DNA of 64,000 bases from Clostridia bacterium (GTDB taxonomy: Bacteria; Bacillota; Clostridia; TANB77; CAG-465): contig JAUNGP010000007.1 of assembly GCA_030524345.1 (NCBI GenBank), positions 6,104-70,103 on the forward strand. The letters run 5' to 3'. The notes under the pieces were generated by a model that saw only the letters and a program-made list of their open reading frames with translations, was not told the origin of the DNA and did no database searches. A program made the translations under genes and the position numbers. Below, one piece after another: positions 9,768-19,122 of the stretch (position 1 is the first letter of the stretch; the number at the start of each line of letters is the position of its first letter).

Positions 9768-10028
9768 TTAACAGTCGGCTTTATTATGTTGTTTTGCAAA
9801 TTCAATTAGATCATTCATTGTATTTCCTGCACTTTTTGCAAGAATAGGGGGCTCATTACTTGTTAAGTATGCGCTTACAGGTAAGAACTTCCTATAAATG
9901 CACCAATCTGTAACATACATTTGATGCTCAACAAAGTCGATAGAGGCATTTAAATGAAAATTGTCTCTTGGAATTGTTGAGGTGATTTCCTCAAATTTGC
10001 TAAGTAAAATAAAAGAATTATCTACCAT
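9768..10028 (-). CDS. Hypothetical protein (86 aa)
   Basis: The track ORF is trimmed to the Met preceded by AGGAGGAGA. Converges on a shared hairpin (gccgactg/cagtcggc, 9758-9779) with the MBL gene. Confidence 0.5.
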   Translation of the reverse strand: MVDNSFILLSKFEEITSTIPRDNFHLNASIDFVEHQMYVTDWCIYRKFLPVSAYLTSNEPPILAKSAGNTMNDLIEFAKQHNKADC

Positions 10029-10169
10029 GGTTTCTCCTCCTAAAAAATTATTATGGAATATCAATATATGCTTATCTTTATTATATAATATTATGTAATG
10101 TATGTCAAATAAGAAAATATTTTATGATGGAGTAAGATGTCAATTATATAAAGATTTTAGTGATTTCTA

Positions 10170-10198
10170 TTGACAATTTAACATAAGTTTGTTATAAT
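10170..10198 (+). promoter_or_regulatory. Consensus SigA promoter for infA-rpmJ-rpsM-rpsK-rpsD-rpoA-rplQ
   Basis: TTGACA at 10170-10175, a 17-nt spacer, TATAAT at 10193-10198. Confidence 0.7.
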
Positions 10199-10265
10199 AT
10201 ACATGTTAATTAATGCCCTAAGGAATTAGAGTATTTTTTATATCATATAATAGGAGGGACTTTAG

Positions 10266-10484
10266 ATGGCAAAAGATGATGTTATAGAAGTTGAAGGTGT
10301 AGTTACAGAGGCATTACCTAATGCAAATTTTAAGGTAAAACTTGAAAATGGTCATGAGGTACTTGCTCATATTTCTGGGAAATTAAGAATGCACTACATA
10401 AAGATTTTACCAGGAGATAAAGTGAAATTAGAACTATCAACTTATGACTTAAATAAAGGTCGTATTACTTGGAGAGCTAAGTAA
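10266..10484 (+). CDS. infA: Translation initiation factor IF-1
   Basis: [35 protein letters not shown]...I.ILPGDKV..E...YDL.KGRI..R is near-canonical for IF-1. Confidence 0.97.
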   Translation: MAKDDVIEVEGVVTEALPNANFKVKLENGHEVLAHISGKLRMHYIKILPGDKVKLELSTYDLNKGRITWRAK

Positions 10485-10630
10485 CCTATTATTTTATTAA
10501 TTTAGTGAATAAACATTTGCTGAAGCGGCTGTAAGAGAGAAAAGCCTATTATCTCTTATTTTAGTTAATGTTTATTAATATACTTACTTTTGTTAAATTT
10601 TATTAACAAAGATTTTAAGGAGGATTTAAA

Positions 10631-10744
10631 ATGAAAGTAAGACCATCTGTAAAAAAAATTTGTGAGAAGTGCAAGATTATCAGAAGAAATGGCGTAGTTC
10701 GCGTTATTTGTGAAAATCCAAAGCACAAACAAAGACAAGGTTAA
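10631..10744 (+). CDS. rpmJ: 50S ribosomal protein L36 (not in the ORF track; 37 aa)
   Basis: My translation is [40 protein letters not shown] is AAGGAGG. Sits in the canonical position between infA and rpsM. Confidence 0.95.
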   Translation: MKVRPSVKKICEKCKIIRRNGVVRVICENPKHKQRQG

Positions 10745-10763
10745 TGTGGGGGTGTAAGATTAA

Positions 10764-11135
10764 ATGGCACGTATAGCTGGTGTAGATTTACCAAAAAACA
10801 AAGTAGCAGAAATAGGACTAACTTCTATATATGGAATAGGTCGTTCTGCATCAAGAAAGATATTAGCTGAGGCTGGTATTGAACCAACAAAAAGAGTAAA
10901 GGATTTTACAGAAGATGATGAAACAAAAATAAGAACAATCATTGAAAGAGATTATGTTGTTGAAGGAGACCTTCGTAAAGAAGTTGCTTTAAACATTAAG
11001 AGATTAATGGAAATTAATTGCTATAGAGGACAAAGACATAAAAAGAGATTACCTGTTCGTGGTCAAAGAACTAAGACTAATGCAAGAACAAGAAAAGGTA
11101 AAGCAAAAACAATAGCTGGTAAGAAAGGGGTATAA
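10764..11135 (+). CDS. rpsM: 30S ribosomal protein S13
   Basis: [11 protein letters not shown]....LT.IYGIG is canonical for S13. Confidence 0.97.
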   Translation: MARIAGVDLPKNKVAEIGLTSIYGIGRSASRKILAEAGIEPTKRVKDFTEDDETKIRTIIERDYVVEGDLRKEVALNIKRLMEINCYRGQRHKKRLPVRGQRTKTNARTRKGKAKTIAGKKGV

Positions 11136-11140
11136 TTGAA

Positions 11141-11533
11141 ATGGCAGGAAAAAGAAAAGTAGTAACAAAGAAAAAAGTTAAAAAGAATGTATCAACTGGT
11201 GCTGCACATATTCAATCTTCATTTAACAATACAATCGTTACAATGACAGATTCAGAAGGAAATGTTATTTCTTGGGCTAGTGCTGGTGGATTAGGATTTA
11301 AAGGTTCAAGAAAAAATACTCCTTTTGCAGCAGGTCAAGCTGCAGAAACTGCAGCAAATGCAGCTAAAGAACATGGACTAAAAACAGTAGACGTATATGT
11401 AAAAGGTCCTGGTTCAGGTAGAGAAGCAGCAATAAGATCACTTCAAGCTGCTGGTTTGGAAATAAACATGATAAAAGATGTTACTCCAATACCACATAAT
11501 GGTTGTAGACCACCAAAGAGAAGAAGAGTATAG
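11141..11533 (+). CDS. rpsK: 30S ribosomal protein S11
   Basis: [19 protein letters not shown]...W.S.G..GFKGSRK.TPFAA and a C-terminal [13 protein letters not shown]. Confidence 0.97.
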   Translation: MAGKRKVVTKKKVKKNVSTGAAHIQSSFNNTIVTMTDSEGNVISWASAGGLGFKGSRKNTPFAAGQAAETAANAAKEHGLKTVDVYVKGPGSGREAAIRSLQAAGLEINMIKDVTPIPHNGCRPPKRRRV

Positions 11534-11551
11534 TGGGGGTGTAAAGATAAA

Positions 11552-12181
11552 ATGGCAAGATATACAGACGCGGTATGTAAGAAATGTAGAAGAGAAGGAA
11601 CAAAACTTTTCTTAAAAGGCGCAAGATGTAATACAAATAAATGTGCTATTGATAGAAGATCATATGCACCAGGACAACACGGAAAAAATAGAGCAAAATT
11701 ATCTGAATATGGACTTCAATTAAGAGCAAAACAAAGAGCAAAAACTTATTATAGAGTTTCTGAATCTCAATTTAGAAAATATTATGAAGAAGCTTTCAGA
11801 AGAGAAGGTGTAACTTCAGATGTATTATTTGAGCAATTAGAATTAAGACTAGATAATGTAGCTTATAGAATGGGTATTGGTAATTCTAGAGCTGAGGCTA
11901 GACAATTAGTTGGATATGAAATGTTAGAAGTTAATGGAAAAAAAGTTAACATTCCTTCATATATTGTTAAAGTTGGAGACGTAATAAAAGTTAGAGATTC
12001 TAAGAAAGATAATAAAACAATAGTTGCTGTATTAGAAGCAAATAAATTAAAATCAGTACCAGCATGGTTAGAACTTGATAAAGAAAAAATGGAAGCAAAA
12101 GTTCTAAGAAAACCTGTTAGAGACGATGTTGACTTAGAAGTTCAAGAGAATCTAATAGTTGAGTTATACTCTAAGAACTAG
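11552..12181 (+). CDS. rpsD: 30S ribosomal protein S4
   Basis: MARYT...CK.CRREG.KLFLKG.RC followed by an S4 RNA-binding domain. Confidence 0.97.
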   Translation: MARYTDAVCKKCRREGTKLFLKGARCNTNKCAIDRRSYAPGQHGKNRAKLSEYGLQLRAKQRAKTYYRVSESQFRKYYEEAFRREGVTSDVLFEQLELRLDNVAYRMGIGNSRAEARQLVGYEMLEVNGKKVNIPSYIVKVGDVIKVRDSKKDNKTIVAVLEANKLKSVPAWLELDKEKMEAKVLRKPVRDDVDLEVQENLIVELYSKN

Positions 12182-12251
12182 TTAAAACAATATTAGATCA
12201 TTTAGTTAAAATAGTATGTGTAATCAGAGCATACTAGAAGGAGGATATAAA

Positions 12252-13199
12252 ATGATTGAAATGCAAAGACCAGAAATAAAATGTGTTGAAGTAGATGTAG
12301 ATACATTTTATGCAAGATTTGAAGTAGAACCTCTTGAAAGAGGATTTGGAATTACGTTAGGTAATTCATTAAGAAGAATATTACTTTCTTCACTACCAGG
12401 TTATGCTATTGATACTATAAAAATAGAAGGAATAACTCATGAATTTTCTACAATACCAGGAGTTACTGAAGATGTTACTGATTTAATATTAAATTTAAAG
12501 CAAATATGTCTTAAATCAGATGACATGGATGACAAGAAATTATCTATAAAAGCGAAAGGACCTTGTGAGGTAAAAGCAGGCGATATTATAACTGATTCTA
12601 CTATGAGTGTAGTAAATAAAGATTTACACATTGCATATTTAGATGATGATGCAGTTTTAAATATTGATATGACTGCTATAAAAGGTAGAGGATATGTTGC
12701 AGGAGATAGAAGTAATTATACTGATCTGGCTGCTAATGTATTACCTATCGATTCAATATTTACACCTGTAAAAAAGGTTAGCTTTGAAGTAGATAAAACT
12801 AGGGTTGGACAAAAAGCCGACTATGATAAATTAACAATGGAAATATGGACAAATGGTGTTATAGAACCATATCAAGCATTAAGTATGGCTGCTAAAATTC
12901 TTAATGAACACTTAGAAATGTTCATCGATTTATCTGAAATTGCTAAAACAATGTCAATTATGTCTCAAAAGGAATTATCTTTGAAGGATAAATTATTAGA
13001 AACACCAATTGAAGAATTAGAATTTTCAGTAAGATCATATAACTGTTTGAAAAGAGCTGGAATTCATACAGTTGCAGATATTGTAAACAAATCTGAACAA
13101 GATATGATAAAAGTAAGAAATTTAGGTAAAAAATCTTTAGATGAAGTAATTAAGAAAATATCAGATTTAGGACTTGAATTTAAAAGTAAAGAAGACTAA
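12252..13199 (+). CDS. rpoA: DNA-directed RNA polymerase alpha subunit
   Basis: Start moved to the Met after AAGGAGG (MIEMQRPE...). GNSLRRILLSS.PG is present, as is a C-terminal domain with ELEFSVRSYNCLKRAGI. Confidence 0.95.
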   Translation: MIEMQRPEIKCVEVDVDTFYARFEVEPLERGFGITLGNSLRRILLSSLPGYAIDTIKIEGITHEFSTIPGVTEDVTDLILNLKQICLKSDDMDDKKLSIKAKGPCEVKAGDIITDSTMSVVNKDLHIAYLDDDAVLNIDMTAIKGRGYVAGDRSNYTDLAANVLPIDSIFTPVKKVSFEVDKTRVGQKADYDKLTMEIWTNGVIEPYQALSMAAKILNEHLEMFIDLSEIAKTMSIMSQKELSLKDKLLETPIEELEFSVRSYNCLKRAGIHTVADIVNKSEQDMIKVRNLGKKSLDEVIKKISDLGLEFKSKED

Positions 13200-13219
13200 A
13201 TTAAAGGAGGATAATAACG

Positions 13220-13741
13220 ATGCCAGGAACAAGAAAACTTTCTAGAACAACTTCTCATAGAAATGCAATGCTTAATAATTTAGTTTCATCTTTAATCTTA
13301 AATGGAAAGATTGAAACTACTTTAGCTAGAGCAAAAGAAGTTAAACCATTAGCTGATAGTTTAATTGATTTAGCTATCAAAGAAAAAGATAACTATGAAG
13401 TAAAAGAAAAAACAGTTTCTAGAGCTAAACTAGATAAAAATGGTAAAAAAGTTAAGGAAACTAAAACTTCTAAAAATGGAAATAAATATGAAGTAATAGT
13501 AAGAGAAGTAGTAAAAGAAGAAATAAAAGTTGATAAGCCATCAAAACTTGCAGCAAGAAGAAAAATGTTTAAAACATTAAATAAAATGAATGATTTTAAT
13601 GGAAATACCGTTGATTTAACTGAAAAATTATTTAATGAAATTGCACCAAAATATGAAGCAAAAGGTGGATACACTAGACTTGTTAAATTAGTTGCTAGAA
13701 AAGGTGACGGAGCTGAAATGGCTATAATTGAATTAATATAA
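13220..13741 (+). CDS. rplQ: 50S ribosomal protein L17 carrying a ~50-aa Lys/Glu-rich internal insertion
   Basis: The N-terminus (RKL.RT.SHR.AML.NL...L....IETT..RAKE) and C-terminus (GGYTR..KL..R.GDGA.MAIIEL) are canonical L17. At 173 aa it is longer than the ~115-127 aa typical of the family. Confidence 0.9.
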   Translation: MPGTRKLSRTTSHRNAMLNNLVSSLILNGKIETTLARAKEVKPLADSLIDLAIKEKDNYEVKEKTVSRAKLDKNGKKVKETKTSKNGNKYEVIVREVVKEEIKVDKPSKLAARRKMFKTLNKMNDFNGNTVDLTEKLFNEIAPKYEAKGGYTRLVKLVARKGDGAEMAIIELI

Positions 13742-13773
13742 CAAAATATTATATTAAAAAACAAAATATGACA

Positions 13774-13811
13774 ATAGTAGAATTTAATTTGCATAATTCT
13801 ACTATTTTTTT
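13774..13811 (+). terminator. Rho-independent terminator of the alpha operon
   Basis: atagtagaat / attctactat forms a 10-bp stem with a 12-nt loop, followed by a T7 run. Confidence 0.8.
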
Positions 13812-14271
13812 ATTGTAAATTTTTATTTTATATGATATGATATATGTGTGTGTAAGATGCGGAGGTGATGCCGAAGTAAAGTTAGCGTACAAATTATTGG
13901 GGTTAGATAAGATGAAAATGACATTTAGTATGTTAATAAAAAACATATTAAATCAATTAGGTTTTTTGTATTTTAATACGAAATTAAATCGGATGAAACT
14001 TAACTAGTAATATACTAAATAGTTTAAGAACTAAGTATTTGTTATAATAGTGTGTGGTTATATATTTACTGATCTTAAAGTTTTTTAGTTTAATTACTCG
14101 ACCTAAGTAGGAAGAAAACAATTTATCTTATCTAAATAAAAAATGTATTGTATCTTCAACTAGTTAAGTGCTGATTCCAAAAAAATATTCTAACAATTAA
14201 ATTTTAATAATTTTTATAAGGGGAAGTGTGGTTTTTTACGCAGTCCCTTTTTTTGATCGAAAAAACACAAA

Positions 14272-15504
14272 CTATAATCTGTTTGTGTAGTCTTTATTTA
14301 TTTTTTCATGATTAATAATGCTGTGTATATTGGAAGAGAGAATATCCAATTCTAGCATTCTTTTTTGTTCTATAGTAAGATTTGACAAAATTTTCTCATT
14401 TATAGAAGTAAGAAGTAGAATATCGGACTTTTTAGATATTCTAGAGAGTAATATTTTTCCATTGTGAGAAGTAGAAAGTACATGTGCATATAGTTGTTTA
14501 CTATTGGCTATATTTTGCATATCTTCTTTTGTTATTCCAAGAAGGATATTGTTTAGCATTCTTTTAATTTTACTCATTTGATATCTTTTACTTTTTATAT
14601 GATTTACCAATTCGTTATAATCCGATGAATGTGATACTGAATCTATAATTCTGTTTTCAAGACCTTCTGTTACTTCATTAATGCTTGCGATCTCTTCCTT
14701 TTTACTTGTTACAATTTTATATTTTAATATATTCAATAATTGATCATTAAATGTTGGTGAGATTGTATTAATGATATGCATCATGTCTTCTGGGATAAAG
14801 GTATTTAATTGATCTATACTTTTTTTATGATAGATAGAATTTCTTATACTCGTTGCGCTAGTGTATTTCTGATTAGGATTTAGATGAATAGAATTGAAGT
14901 CATTTGAAATTCTTGCAATTGTATATGGTTTTATATTACTAGAGAGTCTAGAAAGACGTAATAAATATTCTATTCCTAAAATATTGTTTGGTTTGGAAAT
15001 TTCATTTACTTCATCACTATTTAAATAACGAGTGATACTTTGCTCACGAGCTTTTGCAAAAGAAATTCCTTTTTTGAGATTTTTTTGTATATCTTGCCAT
15101 ATTTCTATTTCATTGTTTCTAATAGTATTAGAGATTTTTAATAATGTTGTTAAATTTCCTGATTCTGATCCAAAGCATATATTATCTACAATATTTAATG
15201 AATTTAATATTTCGATAGCACCTTTTGAGAAGTATTCGCTGCTTGAATTAGCATATATCGTTGGAAGTTCTATCACTAAGTCTATACCATGATTTGTAGC
15301 AATTTTTGCTCGTTTAAACTTATCATATAAGGCGATATTCCCCTGTTGCGTAAAGCTGCCACTCATAATAGCAATTGCAAAGTCACAGCCAGTTTCTTTC
15401 TTTGCCTTTTGAATATGGTAAATATGACCATTATGAAATGGGTTATATTCTGCTATTATTCCTAAAATTTTCAAAAAAAATACATCCTTTCTTGAGTTTT
15501 TCAT
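14272..15504 (-). CDS. tmcAL: tRNA(Met) cytidine acetate ligase (TmcAL/YlbM, UPF0348 nucleotidyltransferase)
   Basis: N-terminal GIIAEYNPFHNGHIYHI (HIGH-like motif) and ~400 aa length fit the family. The true start may be the TTG at 15474 (LKILGII...), so the 5' end is uncertain. Confidence 0.75.
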   Translation of the reverse strand: MKNSRKDVFFLKILGIIAEYNPFHNGHIYHIQKAKKETGCDFAIAIMSGSFTQQGNIALYDKFKRAKIATNHGIDLVIELPTIYANSSSEYFSKGAIEILNSLNIVDNICFGSESGNLTTLLKISNTIRNNEIEIWQDIQKNLKKGISFAKAREQSITRYLNSDEVNEISKPNNILGIEYLLRLSRLSSNIKPYTIARISNDFNSIHLNPNQKYTSATSIRNSIYHKKSIDQLNTFIPEDMMHIINTISPTFNDQLLNILKYKIVTSKKEEIASINEVTEGLENRIIDSVSHSSDYNELVNHIKSKRYQMSKIKRMLNNILLGITKEDMQNIANSKQLYAHVLSTSHNGKILLSRISKKSDILLLTSINEKILSNLTIEQKRMLELDILSSNIHSIINHEKINKDYTNRL

Positions 15505-15579
15505 ACATGTATATTATAATATATGTACATATAGAGTTTAACATAATTTTAGATAGAATTCAAGTAAGGAGAATGGACT

Positions 15580-16029
15580 ATGGAGTTTGAAAAGAATGTA
15601 ATTATATATACAGATGGGGCATGTAGTGGAAATCCCGGACCTGGAGGATATGCTGCAATTTTGATATATAATGGAATAGAAAAAGAAATATCGGGAGGAG
15701 AAATTAGTACCACAAATAATAGAATGGAATTACTTGCTGTATTAAAATCACTTGAAATGCTAAAGGAGTCATGTAATGTTACTATATATAGTGATAGTGC
15801 TTATGTAGTAAATGCAATTGAAAAAGGATGGTTGATCTCTTGGAAGAATCATAATTGGATCAAGTCTGACAAAAAAGAAGTAAAAAATATTGAGCTTTGG
15901 GAAGAAATGCTAAAATTTATGAAAATACATAATATTACATTTGTAAAAGTAAAAGGTCATTCTAATAATGAGTATAATAATCGATGTGATAAATTAGCAG
16001 TAACTGCTAGAGAAAATATCATCAAATGA
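15580..16029 (+). CDS. rnhA: Ribonuclease HI
   Basis: IYTDGACSGNPGPGGYAA, TNNRMEL, SDS.Y and the C-terminal GH..N..N..CD.LA are RNase H1 catalytic motifs. Confidence 0.9.
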   Translation: MEFEKNVIIYTDGACSGNPGPGGYAAILIYNGIEKEISGGEISTTNNRMELLAVLKSLEMLKESCNVTIYSDSAYVVNAIEKGWLISWKNHNWIKSDKKEVKNIELWEEMLKFMKIHNITFVKVKGHSNNEYNNRCDKLAVTARENIIK

Positions 16030-16080
16030 TATTAATAATATACTACTATATAACATATGATGTTATATGGTGGTATTTTT

Positions 16081-16686
16081 ATGAAAGAATATTTAGAAAA
16101 ATATATAAAAGAAAATTACAAAATATTGAAGATAACTTGTATTTGCTTTATAATTGGACTGGTTGTAGGAATGATATTATATTTATTTGTTAGTGATGGA
16201 ATAAAAAATGAATTTACTATGACTTTGAAAAATACTTTAGAACTTTCTAAGAGTAGCAATTTTGAAAATATTAATATCATAAAAAATGGAGTAATATCTA
16301 ATGCGATACTCTTATTTATGATATATTTTTGTTCTATAACTTTAGCAGCTCCTGTTCTTATTAGTATGATAACTTTTTTTAAAAGTTTTTCTATAGGAAT
16401 ATATATACCTATCATATTTAATATTTTTGGAATATCAAATGGATTATTAGTCTTACTACTTTTACTAATTATTCCGAATATACTGTATATTCCTGCTTTT
16501 ATCTTTTCTGTTACGAATGCGATTAAATTTCATTATTTGTTATTTGAGGAAAGTGAAACAAGTATGATATTTAAGTGTTTAAAAGAATTTATTTTCGTAT
16601 TGATATCGTTTTCAATGATGATATTATCAATCGTAGTAGAACAATTACTAACGACTTCTGTCATTGGTATATACGGTGCTTTATAG
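16081..16686 (+). CDS. spoIIM: Stage II sporulation protein M-like membrane protein
   Basis: A ~200-aa polytopic membrane protein with SpoIIM-like topology, in the usual position next to xerD. This is family-level recall, with no diagnostic catalytic motif. Confidence 0.55.
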   Translation: MKEYLEKYIKENYKILKITCICFIIGLVVGMILYLFVSDGIKNEFTMTLKNTLELSKSSNFENINIIKNGVISNAILLFMIYFCSITLAAPVLISMITFFKSFSIGIYIPIIFNIFGISNGLLVLLLLLIIPNILYIPAFIFSVTNAIKFHYLLFEESETSMIFKCLKEFIFVLISFSMMILSIVVEQLLTTSVIGIYGAL

Positions 16687-16834
16687 TTTGCAAGAGTTAA
16701 CATAAAATATTGAAAATAACTAATAAGTGATGAGTAAAAATAAAAACTACAAAACATTACATAATTTTTTTATAAACTATTGCAAATTTGTCAGAAATAG
16801 TGTAAAATACTTATGACAGAATGGAGGACTAATA

Positions 16835-17713
16835 ATGAAAATAATAATAGATGAGTTTATAGAAAGTTTAAAAGCAAGACAGGCATCACAAAATACATTA
16901 GCATCTTATGAAAGAGATATTGTACAATTTAGTAACTATTTTGAGGCACAAAACAAAAAGATATTTGATTTAACAAGAGAGGACATGCAAGAGTATATCA
17001 ATCACTTAATTGCGGAAGGAAAATCAAATTCTACAATATCTAGAAGTACAGCATCTATAAAGGCTTTATATAGATATCTAGTTAATAAAAAATTAGCAGA
17101 ATCAAATATTGCAGAAAATATAGAAGCTCCTAAAGTTAGTAGAAAAGAGCCAATGATTTTAACATCTTCAGAGATAGAAAAATTACTTGAGCAACCAAAT
17201 TTATCTGAACTAAAGGGTCAAAGAGATAAAGCTATGTTGGAAATATTATACGCTACTGGTATAAGAGTGACTGAACTTATTTCCTTAAGAGTTGAAGATG
17301 TCAATTTAACAAATGGATATATAAAAGTTAAAAAGAAAAATAGTGAAAGACATATACCTTTAGGAAATCTTTCATTAAAATGCTTAAAAGATTATATGAA
17401 TAAGGTAAGACCTTTATTAATTAGAACAGAAGATGAAAAAACTCTATTTATTAATACAAATGGCCAAAAAATGACGAGACAAGGATATTGGAAAATTTTA
17501 AAACAATATAAAGAGCAGGCCAAAATAGATAAAGACATTACTCCACATACTATAAGACATTCATTTGCAGTTCATATGTTACAAAATGGTGCAGAAATTA
17601 AGACTGTTCAAGAGTTACTTGGACATACTGATGTAGCTTCAACTATGATGTATACACAAATTGCAAATTTAGATGTAAAAGATGATTATATGAAGAATCA
17701 TCCAAGAGCATAA
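16835..17713 (+). CDS. xerD: Tyrosine site-specific recombinase XerD/XerC family
   Basis: N-terminal SAM-like domain (TL.SYERD). Catalytic region has ATGIRVTEL, HT.RHSFA.H.L..G.....VQELLGH....T...YT. Confidence 0.85.
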   Translation: MKIIIDEFIESLKARQASQNTLASYERDIVQFSNYFEAQNKKIFDLTREDMQEYINHLIAEGKSNSTISRSTASIKALYRYLVNKKLAESNIAENIEAPKVSRKEPMILTSSEIEKLLEQPNLSELKGQRDKAMLEILYATGIRVTELISLRVEDVNLTNGYIKVKKKNSERHIPLGNLSLKCLKDYMNKVRPLLIRTEDEKTLFINTNGQKMTRQGYWKILKQYKEQAKIDKDITPHTIRHSFAVHMLQNGAEIKTVQELLGHTDVASTMMYTQIANLDVKDDYMKNHPRA

Positions 17714-17720
17714 GACGATA

Positions 17721-17750
17721 AAAAACCTTGAATTAATCAAGGTTTTTTTT
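17721..17750. terminator. Bidirectional hairpin terminator between xerD and the convergent ORF
   Basis: aaaaaccttga-attaa-tcaaggtttttttt: an A-run, a stem, then a T-run. Confidence 0.75.
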
Positions 17751-18110
17751 AATAGTTAATGTTCCTCTATGGTGATTATTTAATATAATAATATTGATAG
17801 AGGAAGTGTAAGGATTCATCTCTTGAAGTGGAATAGTAATGTTTTGAGCTGCATTAAATTTTAACTTGTGATAAACGAAATTTTGTTCTCCTTTTCTTAA
17901 TTCTAATATCAAAAAAGTATCTATGGTGGATTGAAACTGTAAGGAAAGATTTTGAATGAATATAGTATTTAAAATTATTTTTAGTATAGAATTTTCTTTG
18001 GAATTATCCCTAAAATCAAAATTTACTTCTATGTTACTGTCGGATACTTTTAATGATATTGTTGATGGATCATATAGTAGCTTACATTCTCTAAGATTTA
18101 ATTTACCCAT
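17733..18110 (-). CDS. Hypothetical protein (125 aa)
   Basis: Good RBS (AAGGAG). No recognisable motif. The last codons lie inside the terminator hairpin. Confidence 0.5.
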   Translation of the reverse strand: MGKLNLRECKLLYDPSTISLKVSDSNIEVNFDFRDNSKENSILKIILNTIFIQNLSLQFQSTIDTFLILELRKGEQNFVYHKLKFNAAQNITIPLQEMNPYTSSINIIILNNHHRGTLTIKKNLD

Positions 18111-18257
18111 GCTTTTTACTCCTTCTAAATAATTATTTAAAAATAAATTTTTTATTTATTAAATTATATGTATTTAAATTAAATTGTTGACGAAATGTTG
18201 AAACTTTATGTAAATTATGTTATAATAATTATATAATGCGTATTGGAGGTTTTTTGT

Positions 18258-19019
18258 ATGGCAGGAGGCAATAATAAGAAAATAATAATAGTCATTATGA
18301 TAATCGTTGTTGTAGCTATCATTGGACTAGCGGTATTTTTTTTAAATAATAAATTAAATGAGCATGAGTTAGATGATCCAGGAGAAGAACTTGGATATGA
18401 TATTCCTGTTGGTAATCTCGAAGCAGAAGTGATAGATTCCAAATCACAAGGCCGAGATTTGAGTTCTGAAATTAAAGCAATTAATGCTACCTATAGTGAT
18501 GCAAAGGTATGGCTTAAAGTTCCCGGAACTACAATAGATACACCCGTATTTCAATCTACTGATAATGTAAGATATTATAGAAACGATAGAGATAATAAGA
18601 AAACAAAATGGGGAGAAGCTTTTTTAGATTATCGATGCAATATAGATTCTATAGGTTCTTCAGCAAATATTATTGTATATGGTCATAATACTGAGACAGA
18701 TACTAATTTTACCCCTCTTTTAAACTATAAAAGACAGGAATTTTATAATAAGCATCCTTATATAGAATTTGCTACAGAAAAGGGAAATTTTAAATTTCAA
18801 GTATTTTCTGCATATGTTACTGATACATCATTTTTCTATATAGATACAAATTTTGCTAATGTTACTGAATATAGTAATTTTGTAAAATCAATAAAAAATA
18901 AAAGTAGATATGATACAACAGTATCTGTGGATTCATCAGATACAATTCTTACACTTTCAACATGTGATTATTCTATCAAAGATGGAAGATTTGTTGTACA
19001 TGCAAAACTTGTGAAATAG
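18258..19019 (+). CDS. srtB: Class B sortase
   Basis: Start set at the ATG 8 nt after GGAGG. N-terminal membrane anchor. W.K.PGT.ID.PV.Q, I.YGHN, FQVFSAY and TLSTCDY...RFVVHAKL align closely with S. aureus SrtB as I recall it. Confidence 0.85.
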   Translation: MAGGNNKKIIIVIMIIVVVAIIGLAVFFLNNKLNEHELDDPGEELGYDIPVGNLEAEVIDSKSQGRDLSSEIKAINATYSDAKVWLKVPGTTIDTPVFQSTDNVRYYRNDRDNKKTKWGEAFLDYRCNIDSIGSSANIIVYGHNTETDTNFTPLLNYKRQEFYNKHPYIEFATEKGNFKFQVFSAYVTDTSFFYIDTNFANVTEYSNFVKSIKNKSRYDTTVSVDSSDTILTLSTCDYSIKDGRFVVHAKLVK

Positions 19020-19026
19020 TGGATCG

Positions 19027-19055
19027 ATCCAAAGTTTTAAGCTTTGGATTTTTTT
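19027..19055 (+). terminator. Rho-independent terminator after srtB
   Basis: atccaaag / ctttggat stem followed by a T-run. Confidence 0.75.
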
Positions 19056-19122
19056 CTATTCTGCATTATTTCTACAAAATTTGCATTTTCTATATGTTAT
19101 AGTTTTAATAGAGGTGGTAGTA

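Noticed and set aside
13393-13946. ORFs 13393-13794 and 13749-13946 on the minus strand over rplQ and its terminator
   Set aside because: They overlap the L17 coding sequence and its terminator hairpin. They are AT-rich, low-complexity translations with no RBS.
13903-14170. Two 11-bp perfect inverted-repeat pairs (ttagataagat/atcttatctaa at 13903 and 14125; acttaactagt/actagttaagt at 13998 and 14160) considered as borders of an invertible DNA switch
   Set aside because: The pairs are interleaved rather than nested, and the matches do not extend beyond 11 bp. A rough estimate for AT-rich DNA of this length gives about one such match by chance. No recombinase gene is adjacent.
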